Sequence record: NC_100129.1
Source: a phage
DNA: 50,984 bases
Strand: one strand, 5' to 3'
In this document: piece after piece, positions 36,768-46,088 of the stretch
Layout of the letters: every line of letters begins with the position of its first letter
Position numbering within the stretch: the stretch's first letter is position 1
The notes under the pieces: generated by a model
The model's input: only the letters and a program-made list of their open reading frames with translations
Told to the model about the DNA's origin: nothing
Databases searched by the model: none
Translations under genes and position numbers: made by a program

Positions 36768-37169
36768 TCACACCTTGCCAGTGTTTTCATCAATTTTCAC
36801 AGGCTCGCGATATTGTGGAGTTTTTGATTTATCAGAATCATCGCCAACCATCCAGACTCTGCCCTCGGTCATAACGTTGATTCCGCCGCCAGCCTCATAA
36901 ACCATTCGCCCATTATCAGCCGTGGTTTGAAAGTGCGAGCGGATGCCAACGCCATAAGGAACATCACCACCACCAGAAATAGCGTCGATCAGCTTATTAC
37001 CCATTGAGTCAACGCCTTTTAGCTTAACAGCCACGCCAACCAGGATTGGGATGCCGTCTTCTTTATCAAGAACGCAAGCGCCGTCAATGTTATAAGCGGA
37101 AGTGTCAGACACCTGACCAGGAAGTGCGCGCGCCATTACGTCAAAGTAACTTGCTCCAATTTTAGCCAT
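36768..37169 (-). CDS. capsid decoration-like protein, short paralog (possibly truncated by frame break)
   Basis: MAK...YNIDGACV...GVGIRS motifs shared with neighbour; a 42-codon -1-frame extension downstream resembles the paralog C-terminus. Confidence 0.5.
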   Translation of the reverse strand: MAKIGASYFDVMARALPGQVSDTSAYNIDGACVLDKEDGIPILVGVAVKLKGVDSMGNKLIDAISGGGDVPYGVGIRSHFQTTADNGRMVYEAGGGINVMTEGRVWMVGDDSDKSKTPQYREPVKIDENTGKV

Positions 37170-37185
37170 TTTATTTCTCCTTTGA

Positions 37186-38298
37186 TTATTTCAGTTTAGC
37201 AAAGCGAGCGTTTGGATTAAGAGGCTTGTCTTCGTCTTCCTTATTGGAACAGAAAGAGTCACCCTTAACTGCTTGTCGCTGAGCTGCCATTTTATCAGAA
37301 GTCTTCGCAATATCGAAAGCGGTTTCGATGTAAGCGTCAGCCTTGTCTGATACGTCCGCACCAGTAACCTCTTTGATGTAAGCAACCTTGATTGCTTTCG
37401 CATCCAGACCGTCGCACTTGATGCCAATCTCTGTAGCATCAGCAACAAGCGCGGCGTGCGCTTCTGCGTCAGCTTTGGCCTGCTTCACAGCTTCTTCAAT
37501 CTTAGCCGGAATGCCATCAACCTTAGCCTGCAATGCGTCGCGCTCCGCCTCCAGTGATGCGGCCTTGTCTTTCTCGGCTTTAGCGTCAGCTTTCAGGTTG
37601 TCAATGTGCGCTGCAACTTCTTTCGGTACATCAAATTCTACAGCGCCATCAAGCTTAATTTTAACGTTCATTTTTTCATCCTCTTTGTTTGAAATATCCT
37701 CGTCACTATACGGAAAATCTTGCTCACTATCAAGGTTTAGTTTAGCGACTCCGGCACGACCACGGAAAACTAGCGCGATATGATTAACTCGGATGTTCGT
37801 CTGAATTGCATCGAACTTAACCCAATCAGGAGAATCAGGTTTCCAATCTTCTTTCATATCTTCTTCAAAGAAATATTCACCTGTCTGATTATTGCCCCAG
37901 CCTGGCTTGTCAATATCAACGGACGTGTAACCTACAGATATTTCAGCCGTGGCTCGTTTCTTCGCGCTATCGATCGCACGTTTAGAGTAAATGCTTAACG
38001 GCACTTCTACCCCAATCCCGTTTGGAACGCCAGCGCCAGCACAGGAACCAACAACCACTTTTTCCGCGTTCTCAGGCGTGACGGTAACATGCCCGATAGT
38101 GATCGGCTTGCCTGCGAACGTCTCCAGGGAGTCGGCCTTGAATACCTCTGAAGCTGGGCGAAATTCACGTCGAACGCCGAAAGGAGTTTGGTACTCCTGC
38201 AAACCGATACGCGCCACAATTGGGCGATCCACTAAAAACCCGTTATCGTCAAAGTGCGCTTTGACGCGCACACTATCAAACCTTTGTTTTGCCTTCAT
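37186..38298 (-). CDS. putative prohead protease/scaffolding protein
   Basis: Globular N-terminal half plus Ala/Lys/Glu-rich coiled-coil C-terminal half; between minor head protein and capsid genes. Confidence 0.45.
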   Translation of the reverse strand: MKAKQRFDSVRVKAHFDDNGFLVDRPIVARIGLQEYQTPFGVRREFRPASEVFKADSLETFAGKPITIGHVTVTPENAEKVVVGSCAGAGVPNGIGVEVPLSIYSKRAIDSAKKRATAEISVGYTSVDIDKPGWGNNQTGEYFFEEDMKEDWKPDSPDWVKFDAIQTNIRVNHIALVFRGRAGVAKLNLDSEQDFPYSDEDISNKEDEKMNVKIKLDGAVEFDVPKEVAAHIDNLKADAKAEKDKAASLEAERDALQAKVDGIPAKIEEAVKQAKADAEAHAALVADATEIGIKCDGLDAKAIKVAYIKEVTGADVSDKADAYIETAFDIAKTSDKMAAQRQAVKGDSFCSNKEDEDKPLNPNARFAKLK

Positions 38299-38312
38299 TA
38301 ATTAGCCTCCTG

Positions 38313-39059
38313 TTAATCCCATTTTGGAATAGCCCAACAACGACAACCAAATTCCTCGCCAGGGAAAACATGGTTTTCACTCAGCATAATCAGTTTACCT
38401 TCCCATTGGACGTGTTTCAATCGCTCGCGCTCGTCTAACATCCCGTGCCAGTAATAGGCCGACACTCCGGCATCATAAAGGCGCTGGCGCATCAGGCGAC
38501 TATTCCACGCGCCCACCATATTTTCCGCTCTGGTCTTTCCCCATGAGCTATAGACGGCGAATCGCTTCTCAGCCAGTTCATTAACCTGTTGGTCACTGCT
38601 GCCGCGAAAATTGGCGTTACGGATATTTGTTGACCAGTCAGACACGATGTTGGTAAACAGTTTTCTCAGTGATGATTCAGTAAGCCCAAGCCATTGACCG
38701 TATAGCGTCCTATACCATTCTTCTTGTGCGTTCGCCCCGACCGCGACCAGAACAATGACAGCTACGTTATCTTTGCCGCCAGTAGCGCGCGCGATGTTAA
38801 TAAACTGCTGCGCATTGAATTTGTAGATCGCCAGTGCGATAGCCGGAAGGCTTGAAACGATGGCGCTGATTAAGTCGGTAGACAGATTGTTGATCTCATC
38901 CTCTGCCGCGTTAATCTCTGCGTCGCTTGCGTCAAATTTCATTGCCTTTGTCCGGCGGCGCATCAGCACAACCAGATCTCGAATCGCCTCCTGAATTGAG
39001 CGGCTTAATTGCCGCTCGCTGGCTTCAGGAAAGCGCCATTGTTTAACGGCGCGTTTCAT
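38313..39059 (-). CDS. minor head morphogenesis protein (Mu F / SPP1 gp7-like)
   Basis: C-terminal HVFPGEEFGCRCW motif typical of this family; immediately downstream of portal. Confidence 0.65.
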   Translation of the reverse strand: MKRAVKQWRFPEASERQLSRSIQEAIRDLVVLMRRRTKAMKFDASDAEINAAEDEINNLSTDLISAIVSSLPAIALAIYKFNAQQFINIARATGGKDNVAVIVLVAVGANAQEEWYRTLYGQWLGLTESSLRKLFTNIVSDWSTNIRNANFRGSSDQQVNELAEKRFAVYSSWGKTRAENMVGAWNSRLMRQRLYDAGVSAYYWHGMLDERERLKHVQWEGKLIMLSENHVFPGEEFGCRCWAIPKWD

Positions 39060-39061
39060 GA

Positions 39062-40345
39062 TTATTCTCCCTCAGTGCCTGGCTCCGGCTCCACTGGCTC
39101 CGGCTCCGGCAATTTGATGTTGTTGGTGTCTTTCAGTTTAACTTTCGGCGCGATAGCTCGCAATGTGTCGCGTGCTTCGTCTGCGTCAATAAATTGGCCT
39201 TCGATAGCTGCTTTCAGAGAAGTAATATTTTTGTTAAGGATTTCAGCCTCGTCCTTATCGCTCGGCACGCTCAACGGCGCAAAGTCGATGCTCCACTCGT
39301 TTTCAGTGATCAGGAACGGCAGGAGAAATTCCAGGATTGGCTTGTAGTCCTCAATGCGTTTTCGTTCGATCAGTTTGTAGAACGTTTCAAGCGCGGTGTT
39401 TTGACTGGCGCTCACGCCGCCGACGTTTTTATTTTTCAGAATGATTTCATGGATACCTGACAGGGAAACAATACGATCAAGTTTCTTCTCCAGGAAGGCA
39501 TCCACGCCTGAAATGTCAGAATTAAGAACGTCGTATTCTTCATCTTCCGCGTCAATCCCGATTGCACGGCCTACACCGCTTTCATCGTCAACCTGCGCTA
39601 GTCGCAAGCGTGCCGCCTGTTCACCTTCGTTGTCGTCGCACAGGTCAGCCAGTCCGCGTGCTTTCCATACCGCCTGTTGTTTGCGGCGTAGTAGCTGTGT
39701 CGCCAGTTCTTCACAATAGTTGTAATCAACGATGGCCTCAATCAGCCGCTTATTGAGAATTGACTCGCCCCATCCATCGTTACGTCGTCTCTGCGCGTTA
39801 GGAATACGTTCACCGTCGATAACACAAATTCGTGTGTAGTGTACTTGATATTCCGGCATATCATCGCCAGGTTGGATGGTGTAAAGCACTGGCTCACCGT
39901 AGCGGACGTTTCGTGGATTTGTTTCACGTTTTTCTACTCGGATCTGGAAGCGGTCATATACGCGGATGTCTTCAAGCATTGCGCCTTCGCTGACGGCTGA
40001 CTTTAACGCTCTCCCGTCGTTGACTATTGCCACAATTGCAGCGCCACCGAACAATCGCGACCAGCACAGGGCATCAATGATTTTTGCATTAAGGCGCTTC
40101 TCATCCCAAATAGAGCGGAAAGCGGCCTCATCTTCTATGCCATCAATATTAAACCCAGGCGTCACCATCTCTTCCGGCACAACGTCGATGATTCTTTTTG
40201 CCATGCCATCAACGGCGTAAAAGTCGGCAAGCGTTCGCTGTTCCAGTCCTTGCATGTAAAATGGCTGCTCGACTCGTTGGTTTTGGCTTCGCTTGAAAAT
40301 ATCGTTGTACCCGTCGTACTTTATGGTTTTATTTTTCTCACTCAT
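39062..40345 (-). CDS. portal protein
   Basis: 427 aa between terminase large subunit and head morphogenesis gene; acidic C-terminus. Confidence 0.75.
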   Translation of the reverse strand: MSEKNKTIKYDGYNDIFKRSQNQRVEQPFYMQGLEQRTLADFYAVDGMAKRIIDVVPEEMVTPGFNIDGIEDEAAFRSIWDEKRLNAKIIDALCWSRLFGGAAIVAIVNDGRALKSAVSEGAMLEDIRVYDRFQIRVEKRETNPRNVRYGEPVLYTIQPGDDMPEYQVHYTRICVIDGERIPNAQRRRNDGWGESILNKRLIEAIVDYNYCEELATQLLRRKQQAVWKARGLADLCDDNEGEQAARLRLAQVDDESGVGRAIGIDAEDEEYDVLNSDISGVDAFLEKKLDRIVSLSGIHEIILKNKNVGGVSASQNTALETFYKLIERKRIEDYKPILEFLLPFLITENEWSIDFAPLSVPSDKDEAEILNKNITSLKAAIEGQFIDADEARDTLRAIAPKVKLKDTNNIKLPEPEPVEPEPGTEGE

Positions 40346-40357
40346 GATTATTCTCCT

Positions 40358-40386
40358 AATAAAAAAGGCTGGAAAAATCCAGCCTT
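40358..40386 (-). terminator. terminator/attenuator between terminase and portal genes
   Basis: AGGCTGGAAAAATCCAGCCT hairpin plus T-run on minus strand. Confidence 0.65.
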
Positions 40387-40399
40387 GATTATACTTTCT

Positions 40400-40417
40400 T
40401 TTAGCAATTCGTGCTAT
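40400..40417 (-). promoter_or_regulatory. dyad motif copy, palindromic variant (ATAGCACGAATTGCTAAA)
   Basis: Overlaps stop TAG of terminase large subunit; followed on minus strand by TATAAT, terminator hairpin and portal RBS. Confidence 0.55.
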
Positions 40418-41982
40418 TTATTGCGTAGACCTGCCAGTTTTTTCATGCGAGCAACCGGATCATCTGCCATATTCATTTCAAGGTTAACGGCATCAACCAG
40501 TGTGTCGACAATATCATCATGTGGATGGCTATCATCGAAAGTAAAAGCCGCCACCTCTGACAGTATCTCATCCAGCATGGGATGTGATTCAGGTAATGCC
40601 ACACGTCCAGCCTTCATTACTGGCGCTGCGTCCATAGCTCGCGTTACCTTGTCCTTGTCGCGCTGCACCGGATTGATGGCAATTGGCAGCTTTTTAGCCG
40701 CACTCTGTATCAGGCCAGTTCCCGATGATTTGTCTTCTACGTGTATGCGGCGCAACGTTCCGCACTCCTTGTTTCGCTTCCAGCATTGATTAACGAACGC
40801 TACAAAATTTGTTTCCAGTTCCGGCGCTTCCCACTTTCCGCGAACGCCATCAATGAAGTAAACGCGGTTTTTATACATCCCCCAATAGCAGATCACAGAA
40901 TAGTCGTTAAGTTCTCCTGTTTTCTGAGCGGTATCAACGGTAATGAATGTGTATTCAAAGCGATCTGGCTTCTGAACGGTTGCTCTGTCCCCGCCGCCGT
41001 AATATTGGAACCACTCCACCTTAAACACGTTTCCACCAAGCGCGATAGGATGCTGCTGGTACTGGCTTGCGAACGTGTAAGGATCTGCATTCCGCAGGGC
41101 AAGCAATTCCTCCGCGCTTTCCTTTGCAGGCCAGAAGGAGTAATGCGCCACGCCATCAATATACACGGGCTTGCTGCTTAACACGTCGCGGTCAAACTCA
41201 GGTTTCAACCAGTCAGGCAACGTTTCCCGATAATCCTCGGTAACGAGCGCCGGAATGCTCACGACCTTAAACTTGATGCCGCCCATACCGCCATTCGTCA
41301 TAAACCAAGTCGAATCATTGACGTGTAGCCGCTGCTGAACCATTACAATCGGCGTGGTGTCTTTCATTCGACGTGATCGCACGGTGTTTTTCAGGCGCAT
41401 GTGTCCGGCTTCGCGCTTAACCTTTGATAACTGGTCGTCTGGTTTATCTGGATCATCAAGAACCAGCATACCAGTAAAGCCATCATCCATGTAGCCGCCG
41501 CGCAAGCCAGTTACCTGTCCACCAATAGAGCGGGAATTAACCTGCAATTTAACTTTCCCTTTCTCCGTGACTATCAGGTCTTTTGCGCTGGCCTTAGCCA
41601 GTTTGCCAGGCCATAGTTCCTGCCATTCCGGCGATCCAATAATCTCCTTAATCCTGTTGCTATTCTGCTGCACAAGTCCGTCACTAAACGAAAGATTCAG
41701 ATTTCGCACCTTCTTGCTTTTTAGTGACGCATAAGGTGACATATGGATCGAAAATATCTCGGTTTTACCACTGCCAGGGGTTATATTGAAAATCACGTTT
41801 TGTGATTCGCCTTTGATGATTTTCTCTACTTCGCTGCACAGGTAGCTGAAATGCCAGTTACCTAAAAACTTTTGCCCCTGGAGTAGCTGGAACCAGATTC
41901 GAATCATCTTTTCGAATGAATGCTCGCTCATTTCCTTAATGGCGCGTTTCTGCGCCGCTGTTAAATCTTCCCAAATAAGCAT
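40414..41982 (-). CDS. terminase large subunit
   Basis: Walker A TPGSGKTE, ATPase then nuclease domain with conserved acidic residues; 522 aa. Confidence 0.85.
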   Translation of the reverse strand: MLIWEDLTAAQKRAIKEMSEHSFEKMIRIWFQLLQGQKFLGNWHFSYLCSEVEKIIKGESQNVIFNITPGSGKTEIFSIHMSPYASLKSKKVRNLNLSFSDGLVQQNSNRIKEIIGSPEWQELWPGKLAKASAKDLIVTEKGKVKLQVNSRSIGGQVTGLRGGYMDDGFTGMLVLDDPDKPDDQLSKVKREAGHMRLKNTVRSRRMKDTTPIVMVQQRLHVNDSTWFMTNGGMGGIKFKVVSIPALVTEDYRETLPDWLKPEFDRDVLSSKPVYIDGVAHYSFWPAKESAEELLALRNADPYTFASQYQQHPIALGGNVFKVEWFQYYGGGDRATVQKPDRFEYTFITVDTAQKTGELNDYSVICYWGMYKNRVYFIDGVRGKWEAPELETNFVAFVNQCWKRNKECGTLRRIHVEDKSSGTGLIQSAAKKLPIAINPVQRDKDKVTRAMDAAPVMKAGRVALPESHPMLDEILSEVAAFTFDDSHPHDDIVDTLVDAVNLEMNMADDPVARMKKLAGLRNK

Positions 41983-41994
41983 AAAACACCACCA

Positions 41995-42515
41995 TTAGAT
42001 ATTATCCAGAATATCGCGTACAGCCTCGCGCACTTCCTCAGCCGTCACGGATTCGATGCTGGAATCAGCCGTGGCCTCAACGTTGATGCTTGCTGGCTTG
42101 TCTATTCCGATCTCTTTGCCGATTAAGCCAGGGTTGATCATGTTGTGTGCGGCAAGTTGGAATTTTTGCTCAAATACAACGGAATCAATAAACGCCATAA
42201 CATCACTGTAACCTGGGAGTTTTCGCAGTCTCTGGATGTTGCTGTCAGAGATACCGGAAAACAAAGAAAATCCGGTCAGCGTAAACACTCGCGGCTTATG
42301 CACTTTGCTTTCATACACATCGCCCTGGAAAGATGCCGTTTCTGCCGCCTGGATGTGGTTTTGTTCTGCCCAGGTGAAGTAACGCACAGCCAGATCGAAA
42401 ATCTGTTCCGGTGTGTATCGGCTGCTGGCCTGCACGGTGACAATATCTCCGTATTTCTTGTTATATAGTTCCTTGAAGTTTTGAACCTTCACTACTGGCT
42501 CAGGATTGCGTGCCA
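41995..42515 (-). CDS. terminase small subunit
   Basis: 173 aa directly upstream of large subunit; AGGAGAAATG RBS at chosen start. Confidence 0.55.
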
Positions 42516-42565
42516 TAATCATTTCTCCTTTTTGATAACAGGGCATCATTATAGCAAATGACAGG

Positions 42566-42603
42566 CAATAAAAAACCCGCCATAAAGGCGGGCTGTTTTT
42601 CGT
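42566..42603. terminator. bidirectional terminator upstream of terminase small subunit gene
   Basis: CCCGCCATAAAGGCGGG flanked by A-run and T-run. Confidence 0.7.
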
Positions 42604-42845
42604 CACTCAAGCAATTTGTATTCCACTTTTCCGTCCATTGCTTTGATGTGCTTGTGAATTTCCTGTCCGATCCGCAGGTATCGACCGCGAACATGCCATT
42701 TCTCATCCTTGCTTGAGTAAATGGCAAACGCCGCCTTGCCTTTACGTGCAAGATGAGCTATTGCGACTGACGTCAGGCATCCCCATGCAAATGCGCCAGC
42801 AATAAAGGTGAGGATATAACTTAAAACAAATAGTAACGTACTCAT
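42603..42845 (-). CDS. small membrane protein (80 aa)
   Basis: N-terminal TM (LLFVLSYILTFIAGAFAWGCL); terminator after gene. Confidence 0.45.
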   Translation of the reverse strand: MSTLLFVLSYILTFIAGAFAWGCLTSVAIAHLARKGKAAFAIYSSKDEKWHVRGRYLRIGQEIHKHIKAMDGKVEYKLLE

Positions 42846-42991
42846 GACATTTCCTTTACAAAGTTAATGGAAAATTGATGTGTTTCAGGATTCGCCCCTG
42901 AAAGGCGTTTTGCAAGGTTAACGGCGTGCTCTGCATTAAAGGCCGCAACCTCACATTCAAAATCTTGTTTGCAAGAGGAGCAATTACGCCC
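42842..42991 (-). CDS. small Cys-rich protein (49 aa)
   Basis: Internal ATG overlapping upstream stop; CSSC...C motif. Confidence 0.35.
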   Translation of the reverse strand, partial: GRNCSSCKQDFECEVAAFNAEHAVNLAKRLSGANPETHQFSINFVKEMS

Positions 42992-43217
42992 CATCCGTCG
43001 AATCGTTAGTTTCACCTTGTAAATCACTGGCGATAACCTCACGCTTAATGCAAGTAATATTATGAATCGGGTAGGCAACATCACCGATAGAAATACACGT
43101 ATCATCACCATTAAGCTGATTTTCTGTGACTTCTACCGTAAAGCATTTATCAAAGCTACCGTAGAAAGGATGAATGACCTCATCGCGAAAGGCAATTGTA
43201 AGTTTGAACTTTTGCAT
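42984..43217 (-). CDS. hypothetical protein (77 aa)
   Basis: ORF with RBS. Confidence 0.45.
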   Translation of the reverse strand: MQKFKLTIAFRDEVIHPFYGSFDKCFTVEVTENQLNGDDTCISIGDVAYPIHNITCIKREVIASDLQGETNDSTDGA

Positions 43218-43362
43218 TTTATTTGCTCCGTAAAAAAGGCGCTACGTCTTACAGTGTCCCAGCATAGCGCCGTTGTTTGTGACTATCGCGTCACGCGTTC
43301 GGCAGCAAGGCCGCTCTTACGTTTACGGGATTGATGCTATCCAATCATGACAACGTTGTCAA

Positions 43363-43593
43363 TCATTCGCGGTCGAAAGCATTACCCCACCGCCCGCGCA
43401 AGTAACCGCACAGCCAGATAAATTGCGTGATCGTCAACATTGGCGCGATTGGTTGGTAGTGCTCTGCAATGATGCTCTTCATTACTTCATCAACATACTT
43501 CCCGCGCTTTTCTACATCCGCTTTCATCGCCTCGCCGCACTTTTTAGCCTGGCGTTTAGCTGCGTTGAATTGCGCCTCATTCATGCCGAACAT
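43363..43593 (-). CDS. hypothetical protein (~76 aa)
   Basis: Start set at MFGMNEAQ, which overlaps stop of upstream small ORF (TGATG). Confidence 0.4.
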   Translation of the reverse strand: MFGMNEAQFNAAKRQAKKCGEAMKADVEKRGKYVDEVMKSIIAEHYQPIAPMLTITQFIWLCGYLRGRWGNAFDRE

Positions 43594-43721
43594 CAGTATC
43601 CTCTCCCCTTCCATTCTTCCGCAAGTTTGAAATAGTTCATAGCTTCTTCTACATCTCCGCGCTCCAGTGCTTCCTCCTGCTTCTCTTTGCACCACTGCGA
43701 AGGCTGCTTGTACTCACCCAT
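43593..43721 (-). CDS. small hypothetical protein (42 aa)
   Basis: Manually read ORF MGEYKQPSQWCKEKQEEALERGDVEEAMNYFKLAEEWKGRGY with AAGGTGA RBS. Confidence 0.3.
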   Translation of the reverse strand: MGEYKQPSQWCKEKQEEALERGDVEEAMNYFKLAEEWKGRGY

Positions 43722-43777
43722 AAAATCACCTTACTTAAAAAATAGCTCGTTAGAATGCTATTGAGGCGCTCTAATAG

Positions 43778-44122
43778 CTATTCGCTTTCGTTAAATTTTC
43801 CATCAAGGATATTGCGGAGATTGTTTAGCGTCTTAACCTTCCAGCAATCCCATTCCGACGAACCAGGCTCAAGGTTTCTTGCGAATCCTGGCGCGTCAGT
43901 GCTCAACTCGTCGATAATGCAAGACACTTCATCAACGATAAGCTCCTTTATGTACTCTCGCTCGGCAAGATCGTCATTAATATTTTCCACCGACTCAAAA
44001 GCATGAATGACACCGCCTAAAACCTGTTGCTGCGCCTTTGCCTTGTCAAAATCATCATGAATGAAACGATGCTCTTTTTTGTTCTCGTTTGTTCCGATTT
44101 TGTAGTAGTGAATGTAAATCAT
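43778..44122 (-). CDS. hypothetical protein (114 aa)
   Basis: ORF in co-directional early cluster. Confidence 0.5.
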   Translation of the reverse strand: MIYIHYYKIGTNENKKEHRFIHDDFDKAKAQQQVLGGVIHAFESVENINDDLAEREYIKELIVDEVSCIIDELSTDAPGFARNLEPGSSEWDCWKVKTLNNLRNILDGKFNESE

Positions 44123-44427
44123 TTGTATTTCTCCGATACATGATTTGCAACTGATTGAACGTAATCAGCAAATGCCGACTCCATGCTTTCATTCTTTCGC
44201 TTCCAGTCCTCAATCTGCTGATCTCGGTAGCCATTCTCACCAAACCATGCTGCTGTTTCTGCCTGATCAGAACCAGCGGGAACAAATGCGTGTTCAAGCT
44301 GGTTAAAAACTTCACGCGCTACAGCCTCAGGAATTTTAACCGTTGCCTGAATACCGTTATCATCTCGCCAACCAAAGGCCGCTAACATAATTCGCGCTTG
44401 CTCTTCTGAAAGGTTGATCGTAATCAT
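44119..44427 (-). CDS. hypothetical protein (102 aa)
   Basis: ORF, overlapping start/stop with neighbours. Confidence 0.5.
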   Translation of the reverse strand: MITINLSEEQARIMLAAFGWRDDNGIQATVKIPEAVAREVFNQLEHAFVPAGSDQAETAAWFGENGYRDQQIEDWKRKNESMESAFADYVQSVANHVSEKYK

Positions 44428-44672
44428 TCGATAATCTCCGCTTCTTCTTTTGTCAAACTAAACCAATCTGTTTCCTTCACCTCGCCAAATTCGCCGCTAC
44501 TGTTAACTCCAGCCATAGCCCACATCTCACCGTCTTTATAAAGCTCTACAACCATTTCCTTTCCGTTTTCGAATCCAGACCACTCGCGCAATGTAGGTGA
44601 ATCTGGATCTGGACGATAGTCAACGTTGATTAACTTAACTCGAACATGGCCTACAAAACTTTTATCTTTCAT
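44424..44672 (-). CDS. hypothetical protein (82 aa)
   Basis: ORF downstream of dyad motif and hairpin. Confidence 0.5.
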   Translation of the reverse strand: MKDKSFVGHVRVKLINVDYRPDPDSPTLREWSGFENGKEMVVELYKDGEMWAMAGVNSSGEFGEVKETDWFSLTKEEAEIIE

Positions 44673-44723
44673 TTAATCTCTCCCGTCGTCGATGCGCACA
44701 TAATACAAAACCAGCCGAAGCTG

Positions 44724-44743
44724 GTTTTAACAAAAAGTGCTAT
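44724..44743 (-). promoter_or_regulatory. dyad motif copy (reverse orientation)
   Basis: Exact copy; followed on minus strand by hairpin CCAGCTTCGGCTGG and T-run. Confidence 0.6.
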
Positions 44744-45028
44744 TTATAACGCATATTCGATTTCCCATCGTGCGAACTCATCAAAATCATGTTGCGTCAG
44801 TGGGCGATCTTGAGTTGCGGCCTCTTCCATCATTTCGGTTAGAGTTTCGTTCATGAACGGGAAAGGATGCTCCAGGTCGTAGCATCCAGCCAGGCATCGT
44901 GCAAAATGTCGAACTGATTTATACTCTCCGCGATTGATAGTGTAAGGTGAATTTTTAGAATCATCCCAGCCTCGACGGCGAATTTCTCTTTCAAAGCCAT
45001 TGATAAGCATTTTTCGCATAGTTGCCAT
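44744..45028 (-). CDS. hypothetical protein (94 aa)
   Basis: ORF; stop abuts dyad motif. Confidence 0.5.
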   Translation of the reverse strand: MATMRKMLINGFEREIRRRGWDDSKNSPYTINRGEYKSVRHFARCLAGCYDLEHPFPFMNETLTEMMEEAATQDRPLTQHDFDEFARWEIEYAL

Positions 45029-45072
45029 TTTCTTTCTCCTATAGAAAACGCCACCTTGCGGCGGCGCGTGTT

Positions 45073-45273
45073 TTACTTTTTCTTTCCGGTCAGCACATAA
45101 CGCTTTCCGTTTTCGAATCCGTCACAATAGCCAGCATAACCGCCAGCCATGAAGATAATCAACCCGCCGATTGACTCAACAATGCCGCTATAATTATAAG
45201 CAAGGTAGCAACCAGCGATAAGGGCAATAAAAGTGATAATTGCTATCTTCATTCGTGATCCTATACATCGCAC
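45073..45273 (-). CDS. small membrane protein (66 aa, two TM)
   Basis: Two hydrophobic segments (IAIITFIALIAGCYLAY; LIIFMAGGYAGY). Confidence 0.45.
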   Translation of the reverse strand: MRCIGSRMKIAIITFIALIAGCYLAYNYSGIVESIGGLIIFMAGGYAGYCDGFENGKRYVLTGKKK

Positions 45274-45512
45274 TTATTAACAACAAGCAAACGAAGGCGT
45301 GATTTGCGGAATCGGTGCGCTGTTTTCGCATACATTGCCGCCGAACTGTATCGGGCAAACTCCATAGCGAACAGGCCGAATGAATCCTCTGTCAGATATT
45401 CCCAGCGACCGCGCCAGGTGCTACGACGTTGCAGGTAGTAAACTTTGCATTCAGTGCAACATACGATCCTGTATTCTGGACGAATAAGCCGCTTTAGTGC
45501 ATTGACAACCAT
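45261..45512 (-). CDS. hypothetical protein (83 aa)
   Basis: ORF, Cys pairs (CCTEC). Confidence 0.4.
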   Translation of the reverse strand: MVVNALKRLIRPEYRIVCCTECKVYYLQRRSTWRGRWEYLTEDSFGLFAMEFARYSSAAMYAKTAHRFRKSRLRLLVVNKCDV

Positions 45513-45611
45513 AATCCAAACCTCAAACAGTGAAAAATTAACAGAACGAATAGTATCACAGCCATCGCCTTATGAAAATCAAATGGCGGCTTTGGATTAG
45601 TCGAATCGACG

Positions 45612-46013
45612 TTATTTGCCAGCATTGCGCGCTATCCCCTGGTAGGTTTTGTAAAAATCATCTCCAGGATTCTTGAACTTACAGGCGTTGCGAGCAAGTC
45701 GGCGCATACGTCGCGAATCGTATCGTGCGTTCTGGAATGGTGTTTTCATGGTCTTTATGTGACAGCCGCGATGATTACGGATTCGCTTAAGGTCTGCGAT
45801 GATTCCGGTGCTGGACTTGATCACGTAATTGTCGAATCCCAGGCTATCGGTGATGATGTAGCCGAATTTAATGCGTGGGCGCTTGTAGTTCTCCAGTCTG
45901 CCGATGTAACGGGATTGGGCGGTTACAATCTCACCACGACGAAGGCCGCATTTTTCGTCTGCCCAGGTTACGCGAAATTTTGTTCCGGTGCGGATATTGC
46001 TTAGCTCTAACAT
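45612..46013 (-). CDS. hypothetical protein (133 aa)
   Basis: ORF downstream of variant dyad motif and TATAAT. Confidence 0.5.
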   Translation of the reverse strand: MLELSNIRTGTKFRVTWADEKCGLRRGEIVTAQSRYIGRLENYKRPRIKFGYIITDSLGFDNYVIKSSTGIIADLKRIRNHRGCHIKTMKTPFQNARYDSRRMRRLARNACKFKNPGDDFYKTYQGIARNAGK

Positions 46014-46070
46014 TGTTGATTCCTATGTTTACTGAACGGGGTAAATTATAGCGGAGCATTGCGCCCCGCG

Positions 46071-46088
46071 TTTAGCAATTCGTGCTAT
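46071..46088 (-). promoter_or_regulatory. dyad motif copy, palindromic variant
   Basis: ATAGCACGAATTGCTAAA overlapping stop TAG of kinase gene; TATAAT 22 nt downstream on minus strand. Confidence 0.55.

Noticed and set aside
36651-36770. In-frame stop-codon read-through as the mechanism to extend the short decoration-like paralog
   Set aside because: The in-frame read-through product runs only 25 codons to another stop and does not resemble the paralog; the similar sequence is in the -1 frame, so a homopolymer indel or slippage fits better.
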